Origin: the human T2T-CHM13v2.0 reference genome, Homo sapiens
Assembly: GCF_009914755.1 (NCBI RefSeq)
Contig: NC_060926.1
Length of the DNA: 64,000 bases
Direction: 5' to 3' (one strand)
Shown: positions 12,730 to 25,618 of the stretch, in pieces
How the letters are laid out: each line of letters begins with the position of its first letter
Numbering within the stretch: the stretch's first letter is position 1
Notes under the pieces: generated by a model
The model's database searches: none
The model's input: only the letters and a program-made list of their open reading frames with translations
What the model was told of the DNA's origin: nothing
Made by a program: the position numbers and the translations under genes

Positions 12730-13757
12730 GTAATCAAAATAGGAAGCATTACAATCAACACATTTTTGCCAAGGAGAAATGCTTGTTTTTTTCTTATAGC
12801 ATAAAAATCCATGTTTTAGGATTCAGCAAACTCTCGAAAAGCATTTTCTGCATCCTGCTGGTTGCAGAAGCATTTTTCCTGCCAAAAGTTTTCAAGATGC
12901 TTGAAGAAGTGGTCGTTGGTTGGCGAGAGGTCAGGTGAATATGGTGGATGAGGCAAAACTTCATAGCCCAATTTGTTCAACTTTTGAAGTGTTGGTTGTG
13001 CAACGTGCAGTCAGGCATTGTTGTGGAGAAGAATCAGGCCCTTTCTGTTGACCAAGGCCAGCTGCAGACATTGCAGTTTTCTGTGTATCTCATCGATTTG
13101 CTGAGCATACTTCTCAGATGTAATGGTTTTGCTAAGATTCAGAAAGCTGTAGTGGATCAGACCGGCAGCAGACCACCAGTGACCATGATGCTTTTTTGGT
13201 GCAAGTTTGGCTTTGGGAAAGTACTTTTAGGCTTCTTCTTGTTCTAACTACTGAGCTGGTTGTCACTAGTTGTTGTATAAAATACACTTTTCCTCCCACG
13301 TCACAATCCGATTGAGAAATGGTTCATTGTCATTGCATGGAATAAGAGAAGATGCCACTTCAAAGCAATGATTTTTTTTTAAATGTTCATCCTGCTTATG
13401 AGGCACCTATTTATCGAGCTTTTTCACCTTTCCAGTTTGCTTCAAATACCAAGTAACCGTAGAATGGTTGATGTTGAGTTCTTTGGCAACTTCTCATGCA
13501 GTTGTAAGAGGATGAGCTTCAAAGATTGCTCTCAATTGGTCATTAACTTCCAATGGCCGGCCACTACACTCCTCATCTTCAAGGCTATTGTCTCCTTTGC
13601 AAAACTTCTTGAACCACCGTTACACTGTACATTTGTTGGCAGTTCCTGGGCCAAATGCATTGTTGATGTTGTGAGTTGTCCCTGCTGTTTTATGACCCAT
13701 TTTGAACTCAAAAAAGAAAACTGCTCAAATTTGCTTTCTGTCTAACATCATTTCCGT
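12730..13757 (-). pseudogene. Hsmar1 mariner transposase pseudogene
   Basis: Minus-strand translation: (T)EMMLDRKQI* (ATG>ACG start, early TGA), LDK*VPHKQ (WVPHEL motif), RIVTWEEK, ILLHNNA*, HPPYSPDLSPTNDHFF. Confidence 0.92.
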
Positions 13758-13870
13758 AGTCTAAAATAAATGTAAAATAAACAGCAAGTACTAAGTCATT
13801 AGCAAAAAAAATAAAGCGAGAAATGCGCATTCATGTATAACATGACCACGTTTATTTAAGAATGTATTTC

Positions 13871-14173
13871 TTTTTGTTTGATTGTTTGTTTGAGACGGAG
13901 TCTTGCTCTCTTGCCCAGGCTGGAGTGCAGTGGCGTGATCTCTGCTCACTGCAAGCTCCGCCTCCCAGGTTCATGCCATTCTCTTGCCTCAGCCTCCTGA
14001 GTAGCTGGAACTACAGGTGCCCGCCACCACGCCCAGCTAATTTTTTTGTATTTTTAGTAGAGACGGGTTTTCACCGTGTTTGCCAGGATGGTCTCGATCT
14101 CCTGACCTTGTGATCTGCCCGCCTCGGCCTCCCAAAGTGCTGGGATTACAGGCGTGAGCCACCGCACCCGGCC
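13871..14173 (-). mobile_element. AluY
   Basis: Diagnostic gcaagctccgcc...ggttcatgccattctc and ggatggtctcgatctcctgacc. TSD aagaatgtatttc (13858-13870) / aggaatgtatttc (14174-14186). Confidence 0.95.
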
Positions 14174-14341
14174 AGGAATGTATTTCAGTATCAAATGGCA
14201 AATTTCAATAATGCAAAAGTATTTACTTTTGCATCAATTATAATTATATATTATAATTTTATATTACAGATTTCATTGCTTAGAACAATTTTAGGTTCAC
14301 AGAAAAATTGAGTAGAAGGTACTGAGATTTCCAACATAGCC

Positions 14342-15194
<853 letters not shown>

Positions 15195-17220
15195 TATCTC
15201 CTACTCCCAAACATGCATAGCTTCACCCATTACCAACATTACCCACCAGAGTAGTACATTTGTTGCAATCTTTGAATCTACATTAACTCAGTATTATCAC
15301 CCAAAGTCCACAATTTACATTAAGGTTCAATCTTGGTGTTATATATGGTATGGATTTGGACAAATATATAATGACATGTATCTACCATTGTAGTACTATA
15401 CAGAATAGTTTTACTGCCCTAAAAATCCTCTGTGAACCATCTATTTATTCCTTCCTGTTCCCTCATCCCTGCAACTACTGATCTTTTAGCTATCTACATA
15501 GTTTTGCCTTCTAGAATGTCATATAGTTGGAATCACACAGTACATAGCCTTTTCGGATTGGTTTCTTTTACTAATATGCCTTTGGGTTTCTTCCATATTT
15601 TTATTTCTCAATACTTAATTTGTTTTTAGCACTAAATAATATTTTGTCATCTGGATGTATCATAGTTATTCATCTACTTAAGGACATCTTGGTTGCTTCC
15701 ATGTTTTTGCAATTATGAGTAAAGGTGCTGTAAACATTCAAGCACAGGTTTTTGTGTGGTCATAAATTTTCCGTTACTTTGGATATATACTAAGGAGTAA
15801 GATTGCTAGATTGTATGATAAGAATATGTTTAGTTTTGTAAGAAATTGCCAACATATCATCCAAAGTGGCTGTACCATTGTGCATTCTCACCAGTAATGA
15901 ATGAGAGTTAGGGTTGCTCTACATCTTAACCAACATCTAGTGTTGGTGTTCTGGATTTTGCTAAGCTAATCCAGATGTAAACTGGTATCATATGGTTTAA
16001 CTTGCATTTCCCTCATGAAATATGTTGTGGAACATCTCCTTATGTGCTTATTTGCCATTTGTGTATCTTCTTTGGTGAGATGTCTGTCAAGGTTGTTAGC
16101 AATTTTTAAATTAAGTTTTCTTATTGTTGAGTTTTAGGAGTTCTGGCATATTTGGAATAACAGTCCTTTAAGGTTATGTCTTTTGCAAACATTTTCCCCA
16201 CTCTGTGACTTGTCTTTTCATTCTCCTTAGACTTTTTACAGAGAGTCAAAATTTGTAATTTTGATTAAGTCCAGCTTAATAATTCAATATTTTGATCTTT
16301 AGTGTCATATCTGAAAAATCATTGTCAAACCCAAGGCCTTCTAGATTTTCTTCCATATTATCTTCTAGGAATTTTATAGTTTTGTGTTTTACAATTTAGT
16401 TCTGAGATATACTTTGAGTCAGTTTTTGTCAAGGGTGTAAAGTTTGTATTTAGATTTTTTATGTCGATGTGAGGTTATTTTATTACCATTTTTTGAAAAC
16501 ACTCCTTGCTCCATTGTGTTGTTTTTGCTCCATTGTCAAATATCAGTTGACCATATCAATCTATTTCTGGGGTCCCTATTCTGTTCCACTGATTTATTTG
16601 CCTATTATTTCACCAGTTCCACACTGTCTGGATTACTGCAGCTTTATATAAAGTCTTAAAGTTGGATATTGTACATTCTCGGACTTTGTTCTTCTTCAAT
16701 ATTTGGTTGGTTATTACGTGGGGTTTCTTTTTTGCCTCTCCATATAAACTTTAAAGTCACTTTGCTGATGGCCACAAAACAGCTGTTAGGATTTTTATTG
16801 GAATTACATTGAATTTATACATTAAATAGGAAATAGCTGACATCATGACAATATTGAGTCTTCCTAATTATGAACAAGAAAGATCCTTCTATTTATTTTG
16901 TTCTTTATTTCTTCTTCAGAATTTTATAGTTTTCCTCCTTTAGATTTTATACATTTTTATATTTATACCTAAGTATTTTATTTTAGGGGTGCTAATGTAA
17001 GTGGTAATAATTTTTTACTATACTTTAAGTTCTAGGGTATATGTGCACAATGTGCAGGTTTGTTACATAGGTATACATGTGCCATGTTGTTTTGCTGCAC
17101 CCATCAACTTGTCATTTACATTAGGTATTTCTCCTAATGCTCTCCCTCCCTCAGCCCCTCACCCCCTAACAGGCCCCGGTGTGTGATGTTGCCCTCCCTG
17201 GGTCCAAGTGTTCTCATTGT

Positions 17221-20200
17221 TCAGTTCCCACCTATGAGTGAGAACATGCAGTGTTTGGTTTTCTGTCCTTGTGATAGTTTGCTGAGAACGATGGTTTCCA
17301 GCTTCATCTTTTTTATGATTGCATAATATTCCATGGTGTATATGTGCCACATTTTCTTAATCCAGTCTATCATTGATGGACATTTGGGTTGGTTCCAAGT
17401 CTTTGCTCTTGTGAATAGTGCCACAATACACATACGTGTGCAAGTGTCTTTATAGCAGCATGATTTATAATCCTTTGGGTATATACCCAGTAATGGGATT
17501 GCTGGGTCAAATGGTGTTTCTAGTTCAAAATTCCTGAGGAATTTCCACCCTGTCTTCCACAATGGGTGAACTACTTTACACTCCCACCAACAGTGTAAAA
17601 GCATTCCTATTTCTCCACATCCTCTCCAGCATCTGTTGTTTCCTAACTTTTTAATGATCACCATTCTAACTGACATGAGATAGTGTCTCATTGTGGTTTT
17701 GATTTTCATTTCTCTGATGACCAGTGATCATGAGCATTTTTTTTATGTATCTGTTGGCGGCATAAATGTCTTTTTTGAGAAGTGTCTGTTCATAAACTTG
17801 GCCCACTTTTTGATGGGGTTGTTTTTTCTTGTAAATTTGTTTAAGTTCTTTGTAAATTCTGGCTATTAGCCCTCTGTCAGATGGGTAGATTGCAAAAATC
17901 TTCTCCCATTCTGTAGGTTGCCTGTTCACTCTGATGGTAGTTTCTTTTGCTGTGCAGAAGCTCTTTAGATTAATTAGGTGCCATTTGTCTACTTTGGCTT
18001 TTTTTTTTTTTTTTTTGCCATTGCTTTTAGTGCTTTAGTCATGAAGTTCTTGCCCATGCTTATGTCCTGAATAGTATTGCCTAGGTTTTCTTCTAGGGTT
18101 TTTATGGTTTTAGGTCTAACATTTAAGTCTTTAATCCATCTTGAATTAGTTTTTGTATAAGGTGTAAGGAAGGGATCCAGTTTCAGCTTTCTGCATATGG
18201 CTAGCCAGTTTCCCCAGCGCATTTATTGAATAGGGTGTCCTTTCCTCATTTCTTGTTTTTGTCAGTTTTGTCAAAGATCAGATGGTATTATTTCTGAGGG
18301 CTCTGTTCTGTTCCATTGGTCTGTATCTCTGTTTTGGTAACAGTACCATGCTGTTTTGGTTACTGTAGCCTTGTTGTATAGTTTGAAGTCAGGTAGCATG
18401 ATGCCTCCAGCTTTGTCTTTTTGCTTAGGATTGACTTGGCAATGTGGGCTCTTTTTTGGTTCCATATGAACTTAAAGGTAGTTTTTTTCCAATAATGTAA
18501 AGAAAGTCATTGGTAACTTGATGGGGATGGCACTGAATCTGTAAATTACCTTGGGCAGTATGGCAATTTTCATGATATTGATTCTTCCTATCCATGAGCA
18601 TGGAATGTTCTTCCATTTGTTTGTGTCCTCTTTTATTTCACTGAGCAGTGGTTTGTAGTTCTCCTTGAAGAGGTCCTTCACATCCCTTGTAAGTTGGATT
18701 CCTAGGTATTTTATTCTCTTTGTAGCAGTTGTAAATGGGAGTACACTCTGATTTGCCTCTCTATTTGTCTTTTATTGTTGTATAAGAATGCTTGTGATTT
18801 TTTCACATTGATTTTGTATCCTGAGACTTTGCTGAAGTTGTTTATCAGCTTAAAGAGATTTTGGGCTGAGACGATGGGGTTTTCTAAGTATACAGTCATG
18901 TCATCTGCAAACAGGGACAATTTGACTTCCTCTTTTCCTAATTGAATGCCCTTTATTTATTTCTCTTGCCTGATTGCCCTGGCCAGAATTTTTAACACTG
19001 TGTTGAATAGGAGTGGTGAGAGAGGGCATCCTTGTCTTGTGCCGGCTTTCAAAGGGAATGCTTCTAGTTTTTGCCCATTCAGTATGACATTGGCTGTGGG
19101 TTTGTCACAGATAGCTCTTATTATTTTGAGATATGTTCCATCAATACCTAATTTATTGAGAGTTTTTAGCATGAAGCGCTGTTGAATTTTGTCAAAGGCC
19201 TTTTCTGCATCTATTGAGATAATCGTGTGGTTTTGTCATTGGTTCTGTTTATGTGATGGATTACGTTTATTGATTTGCATATGTTGAACCAGCCTTTGTA
19301 TTCCAGGGATGAAGCCAACTTGATCATGGTGGATAAGCTTTTTGATGTGCTGCTGGATTCGGTTTGCCAGTATTTTATTGACAATTTTCGCATCAGTGTT
19401 CATCAGGGATATTGGTCTAAAATTCTCCCTTTTTTGTGTCTCTGCCAGGCATTGGTATCAGGATGATCCTGGCCTCATAAAATGAGTTAGGGAGGATTCC
19501 CTCTTTTTCTATTGATTGAAATAGTTTCGGAAGAAATAGTACCAGCTCCTCGTTGTACCTCTGGTAGAATTTGGCTGTGAATCCATCTGGTCTTGGACTC
19601 TTTTTGGTTGGTAGGCTATTAATTAGTGCCTCAATTTCAGAGCCTGTTATTGGTCTAGTCAGAGATTCAACTTCTTACTGGTTTAGCCTTGGGATGGTGT
19701 ATGTGTCCAGGAATTTATCCATTTCTTCTAGATTTTTTAGTTTATTTGCATAGAGGTGTTTATTCTCTGATGGTAGTTTGTATTTCTGTGGGATCGGTGG
19801 TGATATCCCCTTTATCATTTTTTTAATTGAGCCTATTTGATTCTGCTCTCTATTCTTCTTTGTCTTGCTAGCGGCCTATCAATTTTGTTGATCTTTTCAA
19901 AAACCAGCTCTTGCATTCATTGATTTTTGAAAGGTTTTTTTTTTCTCTATCTCCTTCAGTTGTGTTCTGATCTTAGTTATTTCTTTCCTTCTGCTAGCTT
20001 TTGAATGTGTTTGCTCTTGCTTCTCTAGTTCTTTTAATTGTGATGTTGGGGTGTCAATTTTAGATCTTTCCTGCTTTCTCTTGTGGGCATTTAGTGCTAT
20101 AAATTTCCCTCTACACACTGCTTTAAATGTGTCCCAGAGATTCTGGTACATTGTGTCTTTGTTCTTATTGGTTTCAAAGTACATCTTTATTTCTGCCTTC

Positions 20201-20995
20201 ATTTCGTTATTTACTCAGTAGTCATTCAGGAGCAGGTTGTTTAGTTTCCATGTAGTTCTGCGATTTTGAATGAGTTTCTTAATCCTGAGTTCTAGTTTGA
20301 TTTCACTGTGGTCTGAGAGACAGTTTGTTGTGATTTCTGTTCTTTTACATTTGCTGAGGGTGCTTTATTTCCAATTATGTGGTCAATTTTAAAATAAGTG
20401 CGATGTGGTTCTGAGAAGAATGTATATTCTGTTGATTTGGTGTGGAGAGTTCTGTAGATGCCTATTAGGTCCACTTGGTGCAGAGCTGAGTTCAAGTCCT
20501 AGATATCCTTGTTAACCTTCTAACATTGATCTGTCTAATGTTGACAGTGGGGTGTTAAAGTCTCCCATTATTATTGTGTGGGAGTCTAAGTCTCTTTGTA
20601 GGTCTCCAAGGACTTGCTTTATGAATCTGGGTACTCCTGTATTGGGTGCATATATATTTAGGATAGTTAGCTCTTCTTGTTGAATTGATCCCTTTACCAT
20701 TATGTAATGGCCTTCATTGTCTCTTTTGATCTTTGTTGGTTTGAAGTCTATTTTATCAGAGACTAGAATTGCAACCCCTGCTTTTTTATTGATTTTCATT
20801 TGCTTGGTAGACCTTCCTCCATCCCTTTATTTTGAGCCTATGTGTGTCTCTGCACTTGAGATGTGTCTCCTGAATACAGCACACCAATGGACTTTGACTC
20901 TTTATCCAGTTTGCCAGTCTGTATCTTTTAATTGGGACATTAATCCCATTTACATTTAAGGTTAATACTGTCATGTGTGAATTTGATCCTGTCAT
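17221..20995 (-). pseudogene. L1 ORF2p (endonuclease/reverse transcriptase) remnant
   Basis: Fragments with [29 protein letters not shown] and HMFSLIGGN-like motifs lie in different frames. Confidence 0.9.
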
Positions 20996-21065
20996 TATGA
21001 TGTTAGCTGGTTATTTTGCTCATTAGTTGATGCAGTTTCTTCCTAGCATCAGTGGTCTTTACAAT

Positions 21066-22081
21066 TTAGCATTTTTTGCAGTGGCTGGTACCAGTTGTTC
21101 CTTTCTATGTGTAGTACTTCCTTCAGGAGTTCTTGTAAGGCGGGCCTGGTGGTGACAAAATCTCTCAGCATTTGCTTGTCTGTAAAGGATTTTATTTCTC
21201 CTTCACTTATGAAGCTTAGTTTGGCTGGATATGAAATTCTGCGTTGGAAATACTTTAAGAATATTAAATATTAGCCCCCACTGTCTTCTGGCTTGTAGGG
21301 TTTCTGCCAGGAGAACCGCTGTTAGTCTGATGGGCTTCCCTTTGTGGGTAACCTGACCTTTCTCTCTGGCTGCCCTTAACATTTTTTCCATCATTTCAAC
21401 CTTGGTGAATCTGACAGTTATGAGTCTTGGGGATTTTCTTCTCGAGGAGTATATTCGTAGTGTTCTCTGTATTTCCTGAATTTGTATGTGGGCCTGCCTT
21501 GCTAGGTTGGGGAATTTCTCCTGGATAATATCCTGAAGAGTGTTTTCCAACTTGGTTCCATTCTCCCCATCACTTGTAGGTACACCAATCAAATGTAGAT
21601 TTGGTCTTTTCACATAGTCCCATATTTCTTGGAGGCTTTATTCATTTTGTTTTACTCTTTTTTTCTAAACCCGTCTTCTCACTGTATTTCATTAATTTGT
21701 TCTTCAATCACTGATACCCTTTCTTCCACTTGATTGACTTGGCTATTGAAGCTTGTGCATGTGTCACGAAATTCTTACGTATGCCACGGTTTTCAGCTAC
21801 ATCAGGTCATTTACAGTCTTCTCTATACTGTTTATTCTAGTTAGCCATTCATCTAACCTTTTTTCAAGGTTTTTAGCTTCCTTGCTATGGGTTAGAACAT
21901 GCTCCTTTAGCTCAGAGTAGTTTATTATTACTGACCTTCTGAAGCCAACTTCTGTCAGCTCATCAAAGTCATTCTCCGTCCAGGTTTGTTCCATTGCTGG
22001 CGAGGAGCTGTGATCATTTGGAGGAGAAAAGGCACTCTGGTGTTTAGAATTTTCAGCTTTTCTACTCTGGTTTCTCCCCAT
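21066..22081 (-). pseudogene. L1 ORF1p remnant
   Basis: Fragments MGRNQSRKAE... and KRPNLHLIGVP...LQARRQWG, frameshifted. Confidence 0.88.
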
Positions 22082-23095
22082 CTTTGTGGTTTTGTCTACC
22101 TTTGGTCTTTGATGTTGGTGACCTACAGATGGGGTTTTGGTGTGGATGTCCTTTTTATTGATGTTGATGCTATTCCTTTCTGTTTGTTGGTTTTCCTTCT
22201 AACAGTCAGTCCCTCAGCTGCAGGTCTGTTGGAGTTTGCTGGAAGTCCACTCCAGACCCTGTTTGTCTGGGTATCACCGCACAGGGTGCTGAACTGCAAA
22301 TATTGCTGCCTGATCCTTCCTCTGGAAGCTTCGTCCCAGAAGGGCACCCACCTGTAGGAGGTGTCAGTCGGCCCCTACTGGGAGGTGTCTCCCACTTAGG
22401 CTATACGGGGGTCAGGGACCTACTTGAGGAGTCAGTCTGTCCATTCTCAGAGCTCAAACACCATGCTGTGAGAACCACTGCTCTCTTAAGAGCTGTCAGG
22501 CAGGGATGTTTAAGTATGCAGAAGTTTCTGCTGCCTTTTGTTCAGCTATGCCCTGCCCACAGAGGTGAGGCCTATAGAGGTAGTAGGCCTTGCTGAGCTG
22601 CAGTGGGCTCCACCCACTTTGTGCTTCCTTGCCACTTTGTTTACCTACTTAAGCCTCAGCAATGGTGGATGCACCTCCCCCCGCCCGGCTGCAGCCTTGC
22701 AGGTGGATCTCAGACTTCTGCGCTAGCCGTGAGCAAGGTTCTGTGGGCGTGTAACCCGCCGACCCAGGTATGGGGGAGAATCTCCTGGTCTGCCAGTTGC
22801 TAACACCATAGGAAAAGTGCAGTATTTGGGCAGCAGTGTCCTGTTTTTCCAGATACAGTCTGTCAGGGCTTCCCTTGGGTAGGAAAGGGAAATCCCCAAA
22901 CCCCTTGTGCTTCCCGGCTGAGGTGCCTCGCCCTGCTTCAGCTTGCCTTCTATGGGCTGCACCCACTTTCCAGCCAGTCCCAATGAAATGAACCAGGTAT
23001 CTCAGTTGGAAATACAGAAATCAGCCGTCTTCTGCATTGATCACACTGGGAGCTGCAGACCGGAGCTGTTCCTATTCGACCATCTTGGAACGACT
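22082..23095 (-). promoter_or_regulatory. L1 5'UTR internal sense promoter and antisense promoter
   Basis: ~1.01 kb GC-richer UTR. The YY1 motif is altered (aagatggtc vs aagatggcc). Many CpGs are decayed. Activity is unknown. Confidence 0.6.
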
Positions 23096-23527
23096 TGGTA
23101 ATAAATTTTTAATACCAATTTCTAGCAACAATTTATTCATTGCTGCTATATAGATAAGTGACTCACTTGTATATTATCTTTGTATCCTGAAACTTTGATA
23201 GAATTGCTTAGTAGTTCCGGTTGTTGTTGTTGTTATTGTTTTTGATTAATACTTTCAAATCTTCTACGTAGGTAATTATGTGAACAAAGACAGTTTTATT
23301 TCTTCCTTCCCAATTTGTATACGTTTGATTTTATTTTCTTGTCTTATTGCATTAGCTAGGTTTTGTAGTAAAATGTTGAAAAGTAGTGGTGACAGGATAC
23401 CCTTGCCTTGTTCTTAATCCCAGTTGAAAAGCTTTGCATTTTCACACCTAAGTATAAATGTTAACTATATGTTCTTTGCAGATTTTTTTATCAAGTTAAG
23501 AAAGTTTTCCTTTATTTATTGTTTAAT

Positions 23528-24389
23528 ATACTAGTAAAATTTTTGCTTCTTGTCCTCTGACCTTACGATGCTCTACTGGTCTAGAGGTTTTTGTTTCAAA
23601 GGGAGGATTGCTGCTATCAGGAAACAAAGCAATGATCCCACCAAACTGGGGGTTAGGTCTTTCACAGAGCCTCTTTGGGCTCCTTGTGCATCTGAATCAT
23701 CAAAGGAGGGAGTTACTTTGCTGTCAGGAAAGATTACTTCTGATTAACAAGGGAAAATTAGCCTGCCATGACACAGGGGGTATAAGGAAGAATATGTCTC
23801 CCTCAGGGAAGGTCCCAGTGACAAAAGTTTCCATGGAAAAAACTACAACATCTCAATTCACACACAATTTCCAATGGCTTGGTCACTTTGGAAATGAAGA
23901 TTTGGGTCACTGAATGAGGCAAAAACAAAATAAAACAAAACAAAAAACATGACCAGGTGAGGTGCTTGTTTGGAGTAAAGAGAATATGGAATGGGTAGTA
24001 GAAAGAGAGAATTATACAAACAAGCTCACCACTATGTTATCAGTTGCAGAGACAAGAGTTGTAATTGTTGAGTATTTCTTTCTTTTTTTAAAGATAAATA
24101 GGTTTGTGCATCAAATCTTTGCTTTCTACCCTCTCTTATCCCCTCATTATCTAACATAAGATGTATTGAATAATGGTTAACTTTAAATCACAGTATTTAA
24201 GATTTGAAGAAGAGTGAACTTCATCTAAGGACTGTGTCACCTCTTCTGGGAAAAGGACTACTGTGTTTTCAGTTGCAGGCACAATTGCTGTATCATGTTG
24301 CATGGAAGTATGACTTCATTGTTGTCTTTATTTAGAAATTAAGTATGATTTGGGGGATAGGTATGGACACCACGTTGACCAAGGTAAAC
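23528..24389 (+). mobile_element. ERVL internal region continued: dUTPase remnant and 3' untranslated part with PPT
   Basis: Continues from 12650 (actag..aatttttgcttc). Peptides MIPPNWGL..FGLL and GVTLLSGKITSD resemble ERVL dUTPase. PPT-like gttgaccaaggtaaac lies just before the LTR. Confidence 0.8.
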
Positions 24390-24880
24390 TGCAATGGTTA
24401 ATTAATATGTTAAATTTGCTAGGTTATGGTACACAATCATTTGATCATTTGCTATTAGGTTGGTTCAAAAGTAAGTACAGTTTTTGACATTACTTTCAAA
24501 AGCAAAAACTGTAGTGACTTTTGTACCAACTTAATACTTGAAGTGTTGCTGTGGAGGCATTTTGTAGATGTTTTAACAACTACAATCAGCTAATTTTAAG
24601 TAATAGACATTATTCTCAATGGTGGGCCTCATCCAATAAGTTGAAGGGCTTTAAGTGCAATACCGAAGTGTTTCTAAGAAGAAAAATATCTGTCTAAACA
24701 CTGCAGCATCATTTGAAAGTTTTCAGTTTCTTGGCCTGCTCTACAAATTTTGGACTGGCCAACCCTTATAATAATCACACAAACCAATTCCAATTTCTTT
24801 AAGTACACCTCTGTATATACTCACGCTCACACTCATGGACATGCACATGCACACTCGTGTGCAAGCACACAGACACACAC
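24390..24880 (+). mobile_element. MLT2D-like 3' LTR of the ERVL provirus
   Basis: tgcaatggttaatt...gtgttgctgtggaggcattttgtagatg...ggtgggcctcatccaataagttgaagg. CA-rich tract near the end; terminus lost. Confidence 0.8.
24453..24536. mobile_element. MADE1 (Hsmar1-derived MITE)
   Basis: tattaggttggttcaaaagtaa...gacttttgtaccaacttaata: an 80-bp near-palindrome with TA at both ends. Confidence 0.92.
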
Positions 24881-25335
24881 ATATGGTGTATTAATGTATG
24901 GAAATATGTTTGATTTTTGTGTGTTGATCTTGCATCATGTGACCAAATAAACTCACTCATTAGTTTTAGTATTTGAGTTTTTGTTTTTTTGGGTTTTTTG
25001 GAGAGGAGACTTGTATTGAATTTCTATACAGACAATCATGACATTTGCAAATGAAGCATAATTTTATTTCTTTTGCTTCAATTAGTATGACTTTAATTCC
25101 CTTTTGTTTGCTTTATTGAACTTGTTAGAACATGCAGATCATGTTGAATAAGAGTAAAAAGAACAGACATCCTTGCCTTGTTCATGATCTTAGGGGGAAA
25201 GAATTTAGTCTATAACCAAGAGTGTTCATTGCTGGCTTTTTGTAGATTTTCTTTATCAAATTGAAGACTTTCACCATCAACTCCTACTTTTCTTGGAGTT
25301 TTTTTTTTTTAATATGAGTGGGTGTTGGATTTTTT

Positions 25336-25618
25336 TGTTGGCAGGGGGACGCGGTTTCACTCTGTCTCTCAGGCTGCAGTGCAGTGCCCTGCACTGCAGA
25401 CTCCGCCTCCCGGGTTCAAACAATTCTCCTGCCTCAGCCTCCCAAGTAGGCTGGCTTACAGGCGCCCACCACCACACCTGGCTAATTTTTGTATTTTTAA
25501 TAGATATGAGGTTTCACCATGTTGGCCAGGCTGGTCTCAAACTCCTGACCTCAGGTGATCTGCCCACCTCAGCCTCCCAAATTGCTGGTGTTACGTGCCT
25601 GAGTCATCGTGCCTGGCT
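25336..25618 (-). mobile_element. AluSx/Sz
   Basis: ctcctgacctcaggtgatc. TSD ggtgttggatttttt at 25321-25335 and 25619-25633. Confidence 0.9.

Larger units (their letters stand above)
12651..14243 (-). mobile_element. HSMAR1: Full-length Hsmar1 mariner transposon (inactive), interrupted by AluY
   Basis: TA plus TIR ttgggttggtacaaaagtaactgtggtttt at 12651-12682, and a degraded opposite TIR ttacttttgcatcaattataa at ~14223-14243. The internal sequence matches the Hsmar1 transposase gene. Confidence 0.95.
17011..23095 (-). mobile_element. Full-length (~6.08 kb) L1PA7-like LINE-1, ORFs disrupted
   Basis: 5' end (rc) gttccaagatggtcgaataggaacagctcc. ORF1 start MGRNQSRKAENSK at 22081; ORF2 start MTGSNSHMTVLTLNVNG at 20995; EN, RT and C-terminal fragments present. 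TSD tggtaataa(a)tttt at 17002 and 23096. Confidence 0.95.

Noticed and set aside
12948-13745. + strand ORFs of 99 aa and 120 aa
   Set aside because: They are antisense shadows of the Hsmar1 transposase frame.
17011-23095. Retrotransposition-competent L1
   Set aside because: Both ORFs are split into many short frames, with small microhomology deletions (~17310, ~18285).
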